DNA of 53,448 bases, the filler included, from Sphacelaria rigidula (lineage: Eukaryota), in NCBI GenBank assembly GCA_964200075.2. It is 3 parts of 3 records of this genome, joined end to end, with 100 filler letters (N's around TTAATTAATTAA, not from the genome) between each part and the next. Parts side by side here need not be neighbours in the genome. Positions count along the whole stretch, not along the records: positions 1 to 17,754 come from CAXNAA020001000.1; positions 17,855 to 35,603 come from CAXNAA020001001.1; 1 more part is not named here. One strand, given 5' to 3'. The notes under the pieces were generated by a model, which saw nothing but the letters and a program-made list of their open reading frames with translations, was not told where the DNA came from and ran no database searches. Within the stretch, counting starts at the first letter, position 1; every line of letters begins with the position of its first letter. This document shows positions 12,931-25,082 of this stretch, piece after piece. The translations under genes and the position numbers were made by a program.

Positions 12931-14889
12931 GCATCATCAGTCAGTCATGGCTTTGATTTACGGTAGAATAGCTGGTTGTTGATCTTGTTTACCTGCGTCG
13001 CGTAGGCAGCCTAGAACAGACTACCTTTGCGATGCCTCGTCAGACTTTTTGGGGGTACACTGTAAATCGCTTTCAGCGTAGTGCGTGCGGTTGGATGTAT
13101 CTCAGTCGAAGAAATTCATTGATGCCCTATAGAGAACGGCTCTTTCATTCGTGTGGGGCTATTTACGACGTGCCGGCGTGCTTACCTAGCGCTTCACAAG
13201 CTTCTGCTTGCTGTTAATGTTGTTTGAAGCGCCGTGAAGGGCCGGTCATGGTGTTCAACTGGATATTACGGGGACTTCGTTATATGGCAACGGATATTTT
13301 GATGGCCTGTTTCCGCCGTGCCACGTGGAGTTTTGCCCAGCCGGCTTTGCAGGGTTGTTGTCACCTGTTGTCATGGACCTGCTTGTGCTTGTGCCGTTCG
13401 GGCGTTGCTTGACTCGGTTCTGGACCTGGGCTTGGTATTGTCGCGTGAAGTGAGGAACGGCAGCGAACGACGAGCGCTGGCGCTTGCGTTTTTGTTGTGA
13501 GTACAAGTTGATTTTTGGAATAGCACAGGAGAGGAATCTGTCCTGTTTGTCTGAAATAATTTTACCCACCCTGGCGGCCGGAGGAGAATACCGAATAGCG
13601 CAGTTGCCGCATGAGGAAATATTTTTATCGAGCTGGAACTAAACGTGCGCGTATGCTGTGCAGACAAAGTAAAGCACAGTACACGTATCGTACAAACACA
13701 TGTATGTATGCTTATGTTTATGTTCCACACCCTGGACGAGAGATTATTGGTCAAAACGTGTGCTGCGTACAGCATTAACTATTGCGTCTATTGCACTAGA
13801 CAATATATTCTATACTGCACGCAGTACACTTTTAAAATGCCATCTGTTGTTTAGGGTATGATTTGTTCATATTTCCTGTTTCTGGAGTTCTCTTTTAGCG
13901 AATATTTCCTTTTTGTTTGCCTTGGTTGTCTGTGTTGTCATCACGGCTGATTACAGTATAATATTATAATATAGTAGCGGATTAGCAAAAGTATGACGTC
14001 AATCGATCAATCACTTTACCGCACACCCCGGTGGTCTAATTTGCTCACTTGTGCTGTGCAACTTATACCTGCAATGGCGGAAGATTAAAGATTTTGGGAT
14101 TTCGCATCACAGCCTTCGATGCTTGTGTTTTTTTTTCGAAGGAGTGTCCGATTCTCGTCATCATCTTTGAAAGCATTAGGACGCGAGTAGCGAGGAAAAC
14201 TTATTCGACGAGACTCGACGCAGTTCGGGAGTGGTGGTCCAATCCGCGATACCAAAGTGTAAGGCATATGCCGGGACAGAGATGGCTTCATCTCTTGAGA
14301 CCACGGACTCGTCCCGAGGAAGGGGGATGACATGAGACCTGGTTTCATGTCATACTCTTTGCTTCATAGGAAGGGGAGCCGTTGCAAATATGAAAAAAAA
14401 AGGTATAAGGCACCTGCGGCTGCCGTCGCAAAGCCCCTTGAGAGCGATCTCAGCCAAGGCACTGAATTCGCCAGCGATTGGTTGGGAATTTTAAGCCGTC
14501 ATGGTGTCATGGTGCTGTAGATGCAGGGAGTGGGTATTCGTGAAACAGCAGTGAGTAACAAAAGAAAGTCGCGTGTTACTTGAAATAGGAAAGTATTAAA
14601 CCGCCATAGGGTCGCAAGGTCTTCAATTTTTATCGAGTCGTCACAGAAGTACGAAGCATGATGAATATCACCCCCCGTATAATAACAAGAACCAAATTTG
14701 CAAATAGTCTACTGCGTACTGTGTACAGTGTGTGGAACCTAATGTCTTTTGTAATGGACAAAATATTCGGGACTGGACGCGGCAGAATCTTCGCCGACAT
14801 AATATTTTGTCATTATCCAGGGTATGAGAAAAAATATAATGATGTCTCAAGAACATTTTTGCATTGGTCAACCTTTTTCCCTACATTAA

Positions 14890-14986
14890 CCCTTGGACCG
14901 CGATGCCGGTAGTCGATCTGGATCACAATACTTTTTCCAAGTGAGATTGATGCCGATTCATCTGGTGACCTACTGTCGTCGAAGGG
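14890..14986. mobile_element. ~97-bp piggyBac-type MITE with TTAA TSD
   Basis: TTAA|CCCTTGGACCG...CGAAGGG|TTAA; homologous copy at 26330-26430. Confidence 0.75.
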
Positions 14987-15701
14987 TTAATCATGCTCTC
15001 CCATTCATTCGTACATGGAGTAGTGCCAGCCCCTCTCTCAGAATAACATGATGCCGGTTCCGGGGAGGTGAGAGGGGTGCCATACTTCAAACGGTGACAA
15101 GTTCGCCGTACACAAGCTCACATTGTCCTCAAAGACTGTCAGAACTTGGTTAGACTTTGCATCTGCGGCGAAGAGCCATACTACGGTAAGGGATGTATAT
15201 TTAGGGCCAGATCTTTCTCATTCAGAACCTCCTAAAGTTAGGAGGTACACAAGTATGAGGGTCACAACATTCCTTTTCTCCGAACTCACTCGGGATAATC
15301 TCTAGCCCATTGGGATGCTAATTGCGGCGTGCCCTCACATAATATTATTTCGTAAGTGTTTTTGGGTGATATAAAGGGCTCCAAACAATTTAAACCTCAG
15401 AAAATATTTATTTGTTGACCCCCACCGTAGCAGCACCACTCGAGAGAAGTCTTCATCTTTCACAGTCGCTTCAGCTACCTCGTTTGAAGGTGTTGCTTGT
15501 TTCGGAAATATCCATCATCGGGGGTCGAGTGCGCAGCCTCCAACCGCAAAAGCGAAATATTCATTGGCAGTCGGCATGATTTATCCACCTTGTACTCCGT
15601 ATAAGAAAAGAGAAAAACGGCACCAGAAAACGAAGATCTACCCAGGTGCTACAACTCAGTCAGTACAATCCCTAAACGCGTCGTCGTCAGAAGGGTTTAG
15701 T

Positions 15702-16322
15702 CTACACGTTGGACAATGGATTACATCGTCAAAAACTGTACTGCGTACAGTGTGGAAACTGTTTTCTACTATTGTAATGCAACAATAGACGCAATATTAA
15801 CAACCGGTCATCGAAATTGAGGATGGGGGTTTTCATTAAGGATGAGAACCCGGAGGATTAAAATCTTCGTACCCACACCAAATCTTTGAAATATGGTTAC
15901 GTTCCTTTACCTACCTACTCGTAGCTATTGACAATTACTACACGCTATACATTTTTGGATTTCGATAACCGAAATGTTGGGGTCCTACTAGCTATAGGTG
16001 AAAAACATTTTTCGGGGAATTTCGGAGATCCGATCGGATCACCTATTTCCCCCCCCAAATTGCTTTTCACCTAGGATCCCAACATTTCGACTATCGAAAT
16101 AAAAATTCGTGGGGCGTGCAGTAGTTGTCAATAGCTACCAGTAGGTAGGTACAGCATTGGAATCATATCTCGAATATTTGGTGTGGAGACGAAGATTTAA
16201 TTTTCCGGGTTCTCATCCTCAATGAAGAGCTCCACCCTCGATTTCGATGATCGGTTGTTTAATAGTCGATACTGTACGCACTATGAGTTTTGACAACGTA
16301 AAAATCCGTTGTCGAGGGTGTA
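15702..16322. mobile_element. Palindromic (hairpin) MITE
   Basis: The left half is an imperfect reverse complement of the right half about a centre at ~16027-16040 (gatccgatcggatc). Related to 38233-38716. Confidence 0.8.
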
Positions 16323-16833
16323 ATGAGTTCAAGCCCTACACCCTTCCATCTACAACAGTGGTAGGTAAATACAAACGTGAGAAAAAAGAAGACCAAGGAC
16401 GCAGATTGTGACCCAGCTATTATTAGTCGGGAACCTCATAATTTGGACATGAACTCTCAGCCGCAAGCTCGGTGGGGGCGAGTCACAAACAGTGCTGTAC
16501 CACAGTATTAAAAAAACGAAACAAAGCGATTGTGGAGAAGAATGCTAGAGAATAGAGGAAGAGGGAGAGAGGCCAGGGGAAGACGAAAATATCAACAATA
16601 ATAATAGAATGGAGGTGTAGGTCCACTGACAGGGCAGAATCTGTGCTGAAACATTGGCGGCAGCATCGCTGGAGTTGCAAGCGAAGGACACAAGTTCAAC
16701 AACCCAGAGGATAAGACAAGGGTATAAAGGATTCTCTTACCCTCCCCTCTCTCACTCACTCCTCATCAGACATACCTGGAATGCCGTACTTTGTCCAAGC
16801 ACCTTAGTACCAACATAATTCACGTATCCACAC

Positions 16834-17198
16834 CAGGGTCTCAAAAAGGGCATGCGGCGCTGCGGCAGCGCAGAGTCTGGGCGGGCTTATCTGCGGCTTG
16901 CCGCAGAAATAAATTTGCGGCCTTTTTCGCTGGAGGTGGGTGGAATTTGGGGGGGGGGGCTTTTTGGGGGGGGGAAGGGGGGGGGGGGTTTCTTTCGCCA
17001 TTAGAAATACCAATATTTTGACTAATTTTGAGGGTATTTTGAAGGGGAAAAGTCCATTTTTTTCCGCTCCGCGCGGGCCCTCCGGGGGAGGCCTACGCGG
17101 CCGGTGTCCTCCGGGGGGGCCCGGCGGGAAGCCACATATGGCCTTCGGCTCTGGTCTGCGCGACCGCAGACCGAGCCTCCGGACTTTTTGAGACCCTG
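16834..17198. mobile_element. hAT-like MITE, GC-rich with G-runs
   Basis: Perfect 15-bp TIR CAGGGTCTCAAAAAG / CTTTTTGAGACCCTG. Flanks atccacac / attctcac match 6 of 8, consistent with a decayed 8-bp TSD. Confidence 0.7.
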
Positions 17199-17754
17199 AT
17201 TCTCACCGCTCGGGAACGTGTTAGGGCGCAAAACGAGCGCGTGAGGTCGTGTAGCACAATCTTGTCGGATCTCGTCGTTTCTTGCAATCCTCCCTCCTCC
17301 ACTCCCCCATCGTATGATACAGTACTCATTGTTCAAGTAGCCCTGATACGCCAACAAATCATCCGCCCTGCCCGGCGGTCGAAGGGATTAGCTTATTACA
17401 CTCTTTGAACGACAGGGTGTGTCATCTGCATCTGAAATATTGTTGTTCTTTTTCCGAGCGAAGATACATATTACATATTATTACTATGACGTACATTCAC
17501 AACATGCATGCATGATTCCACGAGTGTCCACCATGGTCGTCCTTACTATGTTACCCTCCGACCGCAATGCTCTGACTCCAGGGGGACGTGTAACCTTTTA
17601 ATGTTTTCAAATGCAAGCGCACTGGCATTGTGTTGGATCGTCTGGCACCTGTGATGATGAGCCCTTTTTGACGTGGAATGGAACCCCCCCCCTCCCTCTC
17701 CCCCCTCACCTCTTCTTCTAGACTCTTGGGTTGGCGTCGAGTGGCAACGGCGCT

Positions 17755-17854
17755 NNNNNNNNNNNNNNNNNNNNNNNNNNNNNNNNNNNNNNNNNNNNTT
17801 AATTAATTAANNNNNNNNNNNNNNNNNNNNNNNNNNNNNNNNNNNNNNNNNNNN
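17755..17854. other. Artificial contig-joining linker (N44-TTAATTAATTAA-N44)
   Basis: 100-bp block with a six-frame-stop core; identical block at 35604-35703. Confidence 0.97.
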
Positions 17855-18247
17855 GACAATATCCAAGGCCACAAGTGGCGGGCGGCGGTTGTCACATCCT
17901 GTTGAAAGCTCCCTATTGCGATTGATACTGCTTGATACATTTGTACATTGCCTGATGCGCACAACACCCGAATTATACTCGTAGTACAAACAGTTTGTAC
18001 CTGAAAATAGGTTGGATGAAGCTTTCGGTCTTCATCTAACCCGGCCGTCACACACATTCGTTGATTTTCAGCAACATAAAGCCACTGTTTCATGCATATG
18101 CAGGACACGTCATTCCTAACCAGCCACGTTGGTCGTTCTGGAGACCCAGTCCCAAAAGGGTTAATATAATTTGCCACCTTGTTTTAAGCCTCACTTTATG
18201 CACCTACTTCGCGCCCTCGTTGTGGCGTTGTGGCAGTATCCCCTCAC

Positions 18248-18608
18248 GGGCGCCAGGGTGGCCCAGTTGGTAACTTCGAAACCGTCTGACGGTTGGGGCG
18301 TGGGTTCAATTCTCGGAGCGATCTAGAATTTTTTCTCACACCATGCCCATCAGTGGAGAGCGACTTCAGTATGTCGTGGGTACACAAACTTCGACTTAAC
18401 GGTCGACGAGGGAAAGGGACTGCTCAACGCCTCCCGCGATAAAAAATAAAGGCAAGCACCGCACAAGGAAGGTGGGGTACTAAAAACAAATGAAAGAAGA
18501 AAAACCTCCTGTGTTGACCTTCCTCTTTTGTGACCCCGGCTGGTGCGCCCGCATATACCAAGAGGTGTGGACAGGCATCCAGAATAGATGCGACGACAAC
18601 ACACACAC
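18248..18608 (+). mobile_element. tRNA-derived SINE
   Basis: Pol III A-box TGGCCCAGTTGG (18259-18270), B-box GGTTCAATTC (18303-18312), non-tRNA body and (CA)n-like tail. Homologues at 7300-7652 (-) and 20828-20909 (-, 3' fragment). Confidence 0.78.
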
Positions 18609-19796
18609 GAGGCGAGCCTTCTAAGCACGAGGAGAGGGTGACAATTCGGGTATTCGAGGTTTGAAAAAATATTTTTGTATTGGAAAATACTTTTTTTTTT
18701 CATCATTGAACGTTTCCATATCAGATCGGCAACCATGGCGGTTTGGAGTATCGAAGCCTGTCTATTGACGGGTGACGAGTCACGCCATAGGCCATAAAGG
18801 GCACTTTCAGACAGCTGCTGCAATGACTGGAGGAGGCGCATAAAAAATTATCGTAACTTCGTGCTGGTTTCAAGGACATGATGAGCGTGTCAGAAAAACT
18901 TATTTTGAGCTCAAAAAACCCGAATGAAGCTATAAACCTTATGCGCGCATACGAAGCTAAAGCCTAGCGATAGCGTGTCGGAGTGTTTTTATTTTATTTT
19001 TTGCGGTGGGTTCACGTCAGCAATCACCCCGCACTAGGTATTAGTGGGGTGCAGCAGCGGCACGCAAAACGTTGTATGCACGACCCAATTCGACGACTCT
19101 TGAGCTGAAATTTCACGAAGACCTTCTGCGCCCACGGAAATGACACGTCCCGTGAGCAGCTGCAGATTGACTTATGACATTATCCCGTTCTTGGTGAAAT
19201 TTCAAATCCCCATAACTCCCCGCTTTTTTTCTTCCTCTTCTTTGCTGCTCACGTGATGTTCTGCATGTCGATCATAAAAAGCTGCTGTCAAAATTTGAGC
19301 GTCCAACTCCTAATATCGCGCCGTGCGTCGTCTGAGCGAGGAAACCCTCCCATGTTTAGCTGGCCCAGCTCGTAGCGTATTTGTAGATTTGTGGATTTGT
19401 GGATCCGTGTCGATGCATACACTTGGACACATGTCACCCGTTGCGGGGCATGATCGAATAAAGCTTACTCGACCTCTCCGGGGGGGGGGGATTTTGAATT
19501 TTTTCCTCCACTCGTGGCGTGTGCTTCTGGATTTCTTCATAATAAAAGTGGTCGCCATCGGTCTTCTCTCGTAACATATTTTCTTCTTCGTGAGGACTTG
19601 ACACAATGAGGCGTCTGACCCGGGGACGGGCGGGGAGGGTCCACAAAGTTGAAACATGCTTGATGGCAGTGCTGGGACATCAGATTCGGACCTCCAAAAG
19701 GCTGATGGTCCCAAGTGCCCCGGCACGCGTATGTGCTCAAATCGGTGCCTAGGATACTGTGTATGCCCCTTGCCGGGGGTTCTCGGTACACTTTGG

Positions 19797-20270
19797 AAGG
19801 GCAGGTCGGGTAGGGTATATCATTTTGAACTCTCGGGGATACCCAGGTATTTATTCTACCCAAGGTTTGGATAGGTTGGGTACTCGGCCTCAAATACTCT
19901 ACCAAAAAAATTGGGATAAGTTGGGTAAGTAAGGCTTCAACTGATTTACCCAAATTTGGGGTAGATTGGGTCCGACCTCAAAAACTATACCCAAATATTG
20001 GGTAGCATCCTCAGTAATACCGGGGTATAAAATATCACTCGGGTGTGGCCTCAAGCACTTACCCAAATGTTGGGTAGATTGGGTACGACCTCAATACTCC
20101 TATTGGGTAAGCACTCTCAGCAATACCTGGGTACAGAGTATCACTTGGGTATGACCTCAACACTCTACCCCAAATTGGGTATGTTGGGTTCGATCTAAGA
20201 TACTCAACCCAAATTTTGGGTATATTGGGTACAATTTCAATGCGTTACCCGGAACATATTGGGTAAGCCC
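19797..20270. mobile_element. MITE with internal ~40-bp tandem subrepeats (AAGGGCAGGTCGGG-ended family), right end missing
   Basis: Left end matches 21648 and 30736; subrepeat ttgggtagattgggtacgacctcaa..actctacccaaa. Confidence 0.7.
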
Positions 20271-20595
20271 GTGTCTTAACACGTCATTTGTTTGTCGAAG
20301 AGAAAGTGCGATGGAATTGACTTGAGCGAATTCGTTAATTTCTCGCGATTTGGGTCCAAGCGAATTTGCGAGCTTTCGGTTGAAAAAGGGCAGTAAAGTT
20401 CATTATTCGGCACTTGTTCGCTTGTGTACAGTACAAAAGTGTACTCTCTATGCTGTTTGCATGCAGTGTGCCTGAGTGTGTGCGTGTTTCGTGCAGTAGG
20501 ACCTTGAAGAGAAACGAGCAACCTGCAGTGTAGACAGCGCAGGACTATCTGCACTCTCTGCTTACAGTGAGAACGAGTTGAACAATGTGCAGCCT

Positions 20596-21339
20596 TGCAT
20601 ACGTCGGACGAGCACGAGTATGACTCGTGGCACTCGCGCTCGTTGGGCTGCTCGTTGGCCGTTTTCGAAGGTCCTCGAGCACTCGAGTCATTGCTCGTTG
20701 TGGGAAAAAGTGATGGGGCGAGCACTCGAGTCACTGCACGTGGTGGAAAAATAAATTAGGCGAACACTCGAATCATTGCTCGTGGTGGAAAAATTAATAG
20801 AGCAAGTACTTATGCCATTGCTCAATGTTTGTATGTGTTGTCGTCCCATCTATTCTGAACGCCGGTCTACACCTTTCGGTATATGTGGGCGCACCAGCCG
20901 GGGTCACACACTCGTTGTGGAAAAATCAATAGGGCGAGCACTCCAGTCGTTGCTGGTGGTGAACGACTTGATTCGAGGAATCAGCAATCCGACCAGAAAA
21001 TAGTCATCATGAGCTCCCCGACGATCTTGAACCTATAATCTTCAAGTCCATATGCACATCTGCACGTGTACGAGCGTGGAGCTTCAAAGCGGACCAGGGT
21101 GATATCCCACGTCGTAAGTCATGTACAGGCTGGATAGTGTTTTTAGACTGTGGTGCCTTCACCGTCGTGCCAGGAAACGTGGCGCATGTGCAGGGTATTT
21201 TGTTCGTGTACGAGGCAGTCATTGCTCGTTGTGGAAAAAGTAATAGGGCGAGCACTCGAGTCATTGCTCGTTGTGTTGAAGAAAAAAACATGAACGAGCG
21301 CACTCATTTCGACGAGTAATGACTCGTCCGACGTGTGCA
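20596..21339. mobile_element. MITE with ~43-bp tandem subrepeats, containing a SINE 3' fragment (20828-20909)
   Basis: TIR tgcatacgtcggacgag / ctcgtccgacgtgtgca; repeat unit gcgagcactcgagtcattgctcgttgtggaaaaa. Confidence 0.7.
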
Positions 21340-21647
21340 GGTTTGTACTGCCTGCACTGTCGATGAGTGTACGCAAGTCGGTCTTCCACTCTACTACGTT
21401 GTTCCGTCCCGGATCCCCACCATGAAAGATGATGCTCAAGTTTTCGCCAGCAAAAAATAAATACATCATACCGAACTACTGCAGTGTATCTATCCCTGTG
21501 CCCAACTCGTGCACTATGCTGCAGGGTTGCGGTGGTAGCTGAGAATGTATTGTGTGAACATGGGTGGTATCTAGCGTGGTGGTCCGCAAGATAGGAGTCA
21601 AAGTGCCGCTTCGTATCTTTTCTCCCCATGTTTTCGATCGAAAAGGC

Positions 21648-22149
21648 CAAGGGCAGGTCGGGTAGGGTGTGTACTTTTCAATACTCTGGTAAAATACCTG
21701 GGTACGTCCTCGAACACTCTACCCATTTTGGGGGGTAAATTGGGTATGACCTCAAATACTCTACCCAACTATTGGGCGAGTACCCTCATCAATACCTGGG
21801 CGTAGAGTATCACTTGGGTATGACCTCGAAACTCTACCGAATTTTAGGGTAGATTAGGTACGATCTTGAATACTCTCCCCAATTTTTGGGTAGATTGGAT
21901 ACGACCTCAAATACTCTGCCCGAATATTGAGTAAGCACTCTCAGGAATACCTGGGTATCAGGGATCACTTGGGTATGACCTCAAAACTCTACCCCAAATT
22001 GGGGTATGTTGAGTACGATGTAAAATACTCTTAGCTAATTTTGGGGTAGGTTAAGTATGATTTCAGTACTCGACCCAAATGTTTAGGTACGAAGAGTATG
22101 CCTTTTCGAAATACCGAGTATTGGGTATACCGCACCCGACCTGCCGTTG
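21648..22149. mobile_element. Complete MITE with internal ~40-bp tandem subrepeats
   Basis: TIR caagggcaggtcgggtagggt / accgcacccgacctgccgttg around roughly ten degenerate subrepeats. Confidence 0.78.
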
Positions 22150-23469
22150 ACACGTTGGGTTGTGGTTAGGGTTGGGTCGTGTCTTATCTAGACAAAAAGA
22201 GGAGCGAGAAGAAGGAGCATCTTGGTCGCCGCGACAACACTTCCCTTCCCCCTAAAAACCCATGAGGGAGTGTATAAGCCGTGGCTGTCTCCGAGAGTAG
22301 TGATATAAAAAAATGAAGCAACTCATTGAAGGCTGTCATCCAAATGCAAGATAATCAGTAGGCCTCGGGCCGAACAATCTTAGCAGGATGCAGTTCACCC
22401 TTCACGCGACTCGCCGAACACATTACTGCGCTTCGCGCTTGGTGATTGATAGCGAACTTAGTCCGGCGAAAAGCCGGCGTGCTCCGCCCCGGCTTTGTAG
22501 GGATGCGAGGTGAACGCTCATATGACTATGGCATACAAGATCATGAGTAACCCCCCCCCCCCCCCTCTCCCTCCCCAGGACGGGGATAAGATGTGAAAGG
22601 TTTTTGTGCGATGTATGGAAGAACGTAATGAGCGCCGGAATGTTGGAGGTGTCTCTATAAGATGTAGGAACGGTGCTCCGTCTGGTAAGGGATGCGTGGT
22701 CAATATTCAAACGACCAAGGCAAGCAACAAATGAGTACGCTCCCCCCCCCCCCCCCCCCGGCGACACAGCGACCCCCCACCCCGCCCCCCACCCCACCCA
22801 CACACACNNNNNNNNNNGTATGTTTTTTCTTTTTGTTAGTGGTTGTTTGTTTATTTTTTATTCTTCAATGCAAACAAAAAATTTGTTCCCCCCCCCCCCC
22901 CCCCCCCTCCCCTACAAGAAAGAGCGACTGTGCGCTTTTTTTTCAAAGCGCGAAAATGTGGGGTCCCTCCACAAATCAAATGTAAGGTACGATATGCATA
23001 TGAGATGCAAAATGGCTTTGATTGGCCTACACGTTGCGCCGCTGGGGGACAGATAGCTGCGACGATCAGTCGCTGAGGATAGAGCAGTCCGTGCTGGCAC
23101 AGTTTATTTGCCCCAGCCTGCGGGTACCCGCCTTGTGCCTGCCCCGATCACAGCACTCGACTACAACTGAAGTATCAAAGAAGACACAACGAAGAGCTGC
23201 GTAGTCATGGCGTGATTCTTTCAACTTTGTTTAGACAGCACTTCTGTCTCACCCCAATTCTGTACAGACCATAAGACGCCAGCAGTACAGCAGTTCAGAC
23301 ATTCTCTAGTGCAGATCAAACCGTGTTCATCAAACCTGTTCATGAAGGGTTCTCACGCGGCACAGCACAGCGACAACTACAGCATACTCGTAGAAATGAT
23401 GGGTGTGGACAGCGCTTTGTTCGTTTCACGGAGGACGAAACAGCCAACTCACCGTGAAGTTTTCAACAG

Positions 23470-25082
23470 TCAGTGTGTCGACAGCACTGCTTGCCCACTA
23501 GCAGTACTTTCTACAGAGACGAACACAACCACACTATATTTTAGGATCGTAGGTAATCCCAGCGGAGACCGAATCGCCTGCGTAAGGTCCAAACACACCA
23601 CAGTACAGTGACAGCAACATCACATGAGAGAGGGCATGGGTGTGTTTGTGCCGCAGTACAATTGTGAAACAGGAAATGTTCCATGCTTTGGCTCTTCGCC
23701 TAATTTTGAACGAGTCCTCGATTTTGGCCGGGTGCCGATATTGAAGGCTCGGTCATCACTGCGCTTCGCGCGAAAATAGTTTTGAATTCACATTATGTTA
23801 CCCCTATCTGTGCGGGGTATACCTTTTTTTTTGCTGGCCACCCTTTTATTAGTTGGCGGCCCTTTTTTTGCCTCATTTTCATTTCTGGAACTGTTGGGGA
23901 TTTTCAACAAGACTTTATTGGGCTGTTCGCCATCGAGGGGAACATGAACTAGCGGCGCAATGATCCTACTTGATAGCTGTGGTACACCCTGTCACACAGC
24001 CCGAACCTGAGGCACAAGCATAAATCAAGCTCTGATCCCACTGTGACAAGCCAGGCAATGAACAGCTCGAGCCGTAGCTATTGATCCACTGAGTGCGACG
24101 AGCTTGGCGTGGGGAAAATCTGTTCAAAATTGAGAGAGATACGATGATTTTCATCAGACAAGCGCCTTCTGTCACACAAACATATGGTGAACGAAATTCG
24201 TCGTGAGCAACTTTAATGGCGCACACACGGCCGGGCTTTTTCCAATACCTCACCTGTAGGGTAACAACGAATTGCCTTGAAACAAACAACACTGGCTGTA
24301 GGTGAGCAAGAGCTAACGAACGCCAGGCGTGATGCGTTTTTTGTTCCCTTTGAAGGAAGGAAGAAACCGGACCCGACAATAAATGCCGTTATCCTGTGGG
24401 TGTCTGCGCATGCTTGTTTGGACAGGGTTGTGTGGGTACGATGTACCTCCGTCGCTTCCGTTGAGACCTCCGGACCTGGTTCCGACAGTGTCTAGCGCTC
24501 ACAAAAATACCGCGCTTCCCCAAAAGTCCGTATCGTGTTTCTTTTTGGGGCCCCCAAGTGGTCCTGATGGGCAGGCAAGTTACCGAAGACTATACCCCTG
24601 ACAAAATATTCCCCCGTACGCGTACTGCGGCATGCGCAGCGGGCAGGGAAACATATTGAGATAGGGCAACTCTAGGGCATTTGCCTTGTACTCCCCTTTA
24701 TGCTTTAGATGCATTTACTTGATGCCTGAAATACCCTTTTTTCTGACGAGGCAAAATGCCTCAGAAATTGCCCTACACATGCCTTATTTTCCTCTTCGCC
24801 TTCTGTACACGCTCGAGTAGCAGACAGCACCGCGGCACGGCGGCCGCGGCCCAATGCTCAACGCCCGTAAAGAAGTGCGTTGTGTGCGCATACCGGCGGA
24901 ACAGCGGTTTGGATATGTGTGAACAGCAGAAAGTATAGGCACAGTAGCGCAAGAGCAAGAGCAAGAAAATGTGCCACTTCCACCACGGGCACAGCCCACG
25001 TCGCGTTGGCAGGATGATGAGCAACTAAACCATCTTGTGGTGGCGATGCTGCGGGAGCTGAAGTACCCCCTTGTGCAGACAT
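23470..25082 (-). CDS. Possible small orphan membrane-protein gene (~148 aa), tentative
   Basis: Candidate phase-0 exons 25082-24894, 24253-24212, 24077-23970 and 23577-23470 join to MSAQGGTSAPAASPP..HFLALALALLCLYFLLFTHIQTAVPP|VRYWKKPGRVCAIK|LRLELFIAWLVTVG..|AIRSPLGLPTILKYSVVVFVSVE..*. One donor (gttgct) is weak and no family is recognised. Confidence 0.3.

Noticed and set aside
13353..13500. Alternative last exon of the MATE gene
   Set aside because: 12852-12930 fits the phase and the expected final helix better, so this region is probably 3' UTR.
17799..17810. PacI-like or regulatory palindrome TTAATTAATTAA
   Set aside because: Embedded in N-runs and repeated identically at 35648, so it is an assembly linker.
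18248..18325. Functional tRNA gene
   Set aside because: A and B boxes are present but there is no closing acceptor stem, and the sequence continues into a repeated SINE body.
19797..22149. CRISPR-like arrays of ~40-bp repeats
   Set aside because: Units are adjacent and degenerate with no unique spacers, lie inside TIRs, and there are no cas genes in this eukaryotic context.
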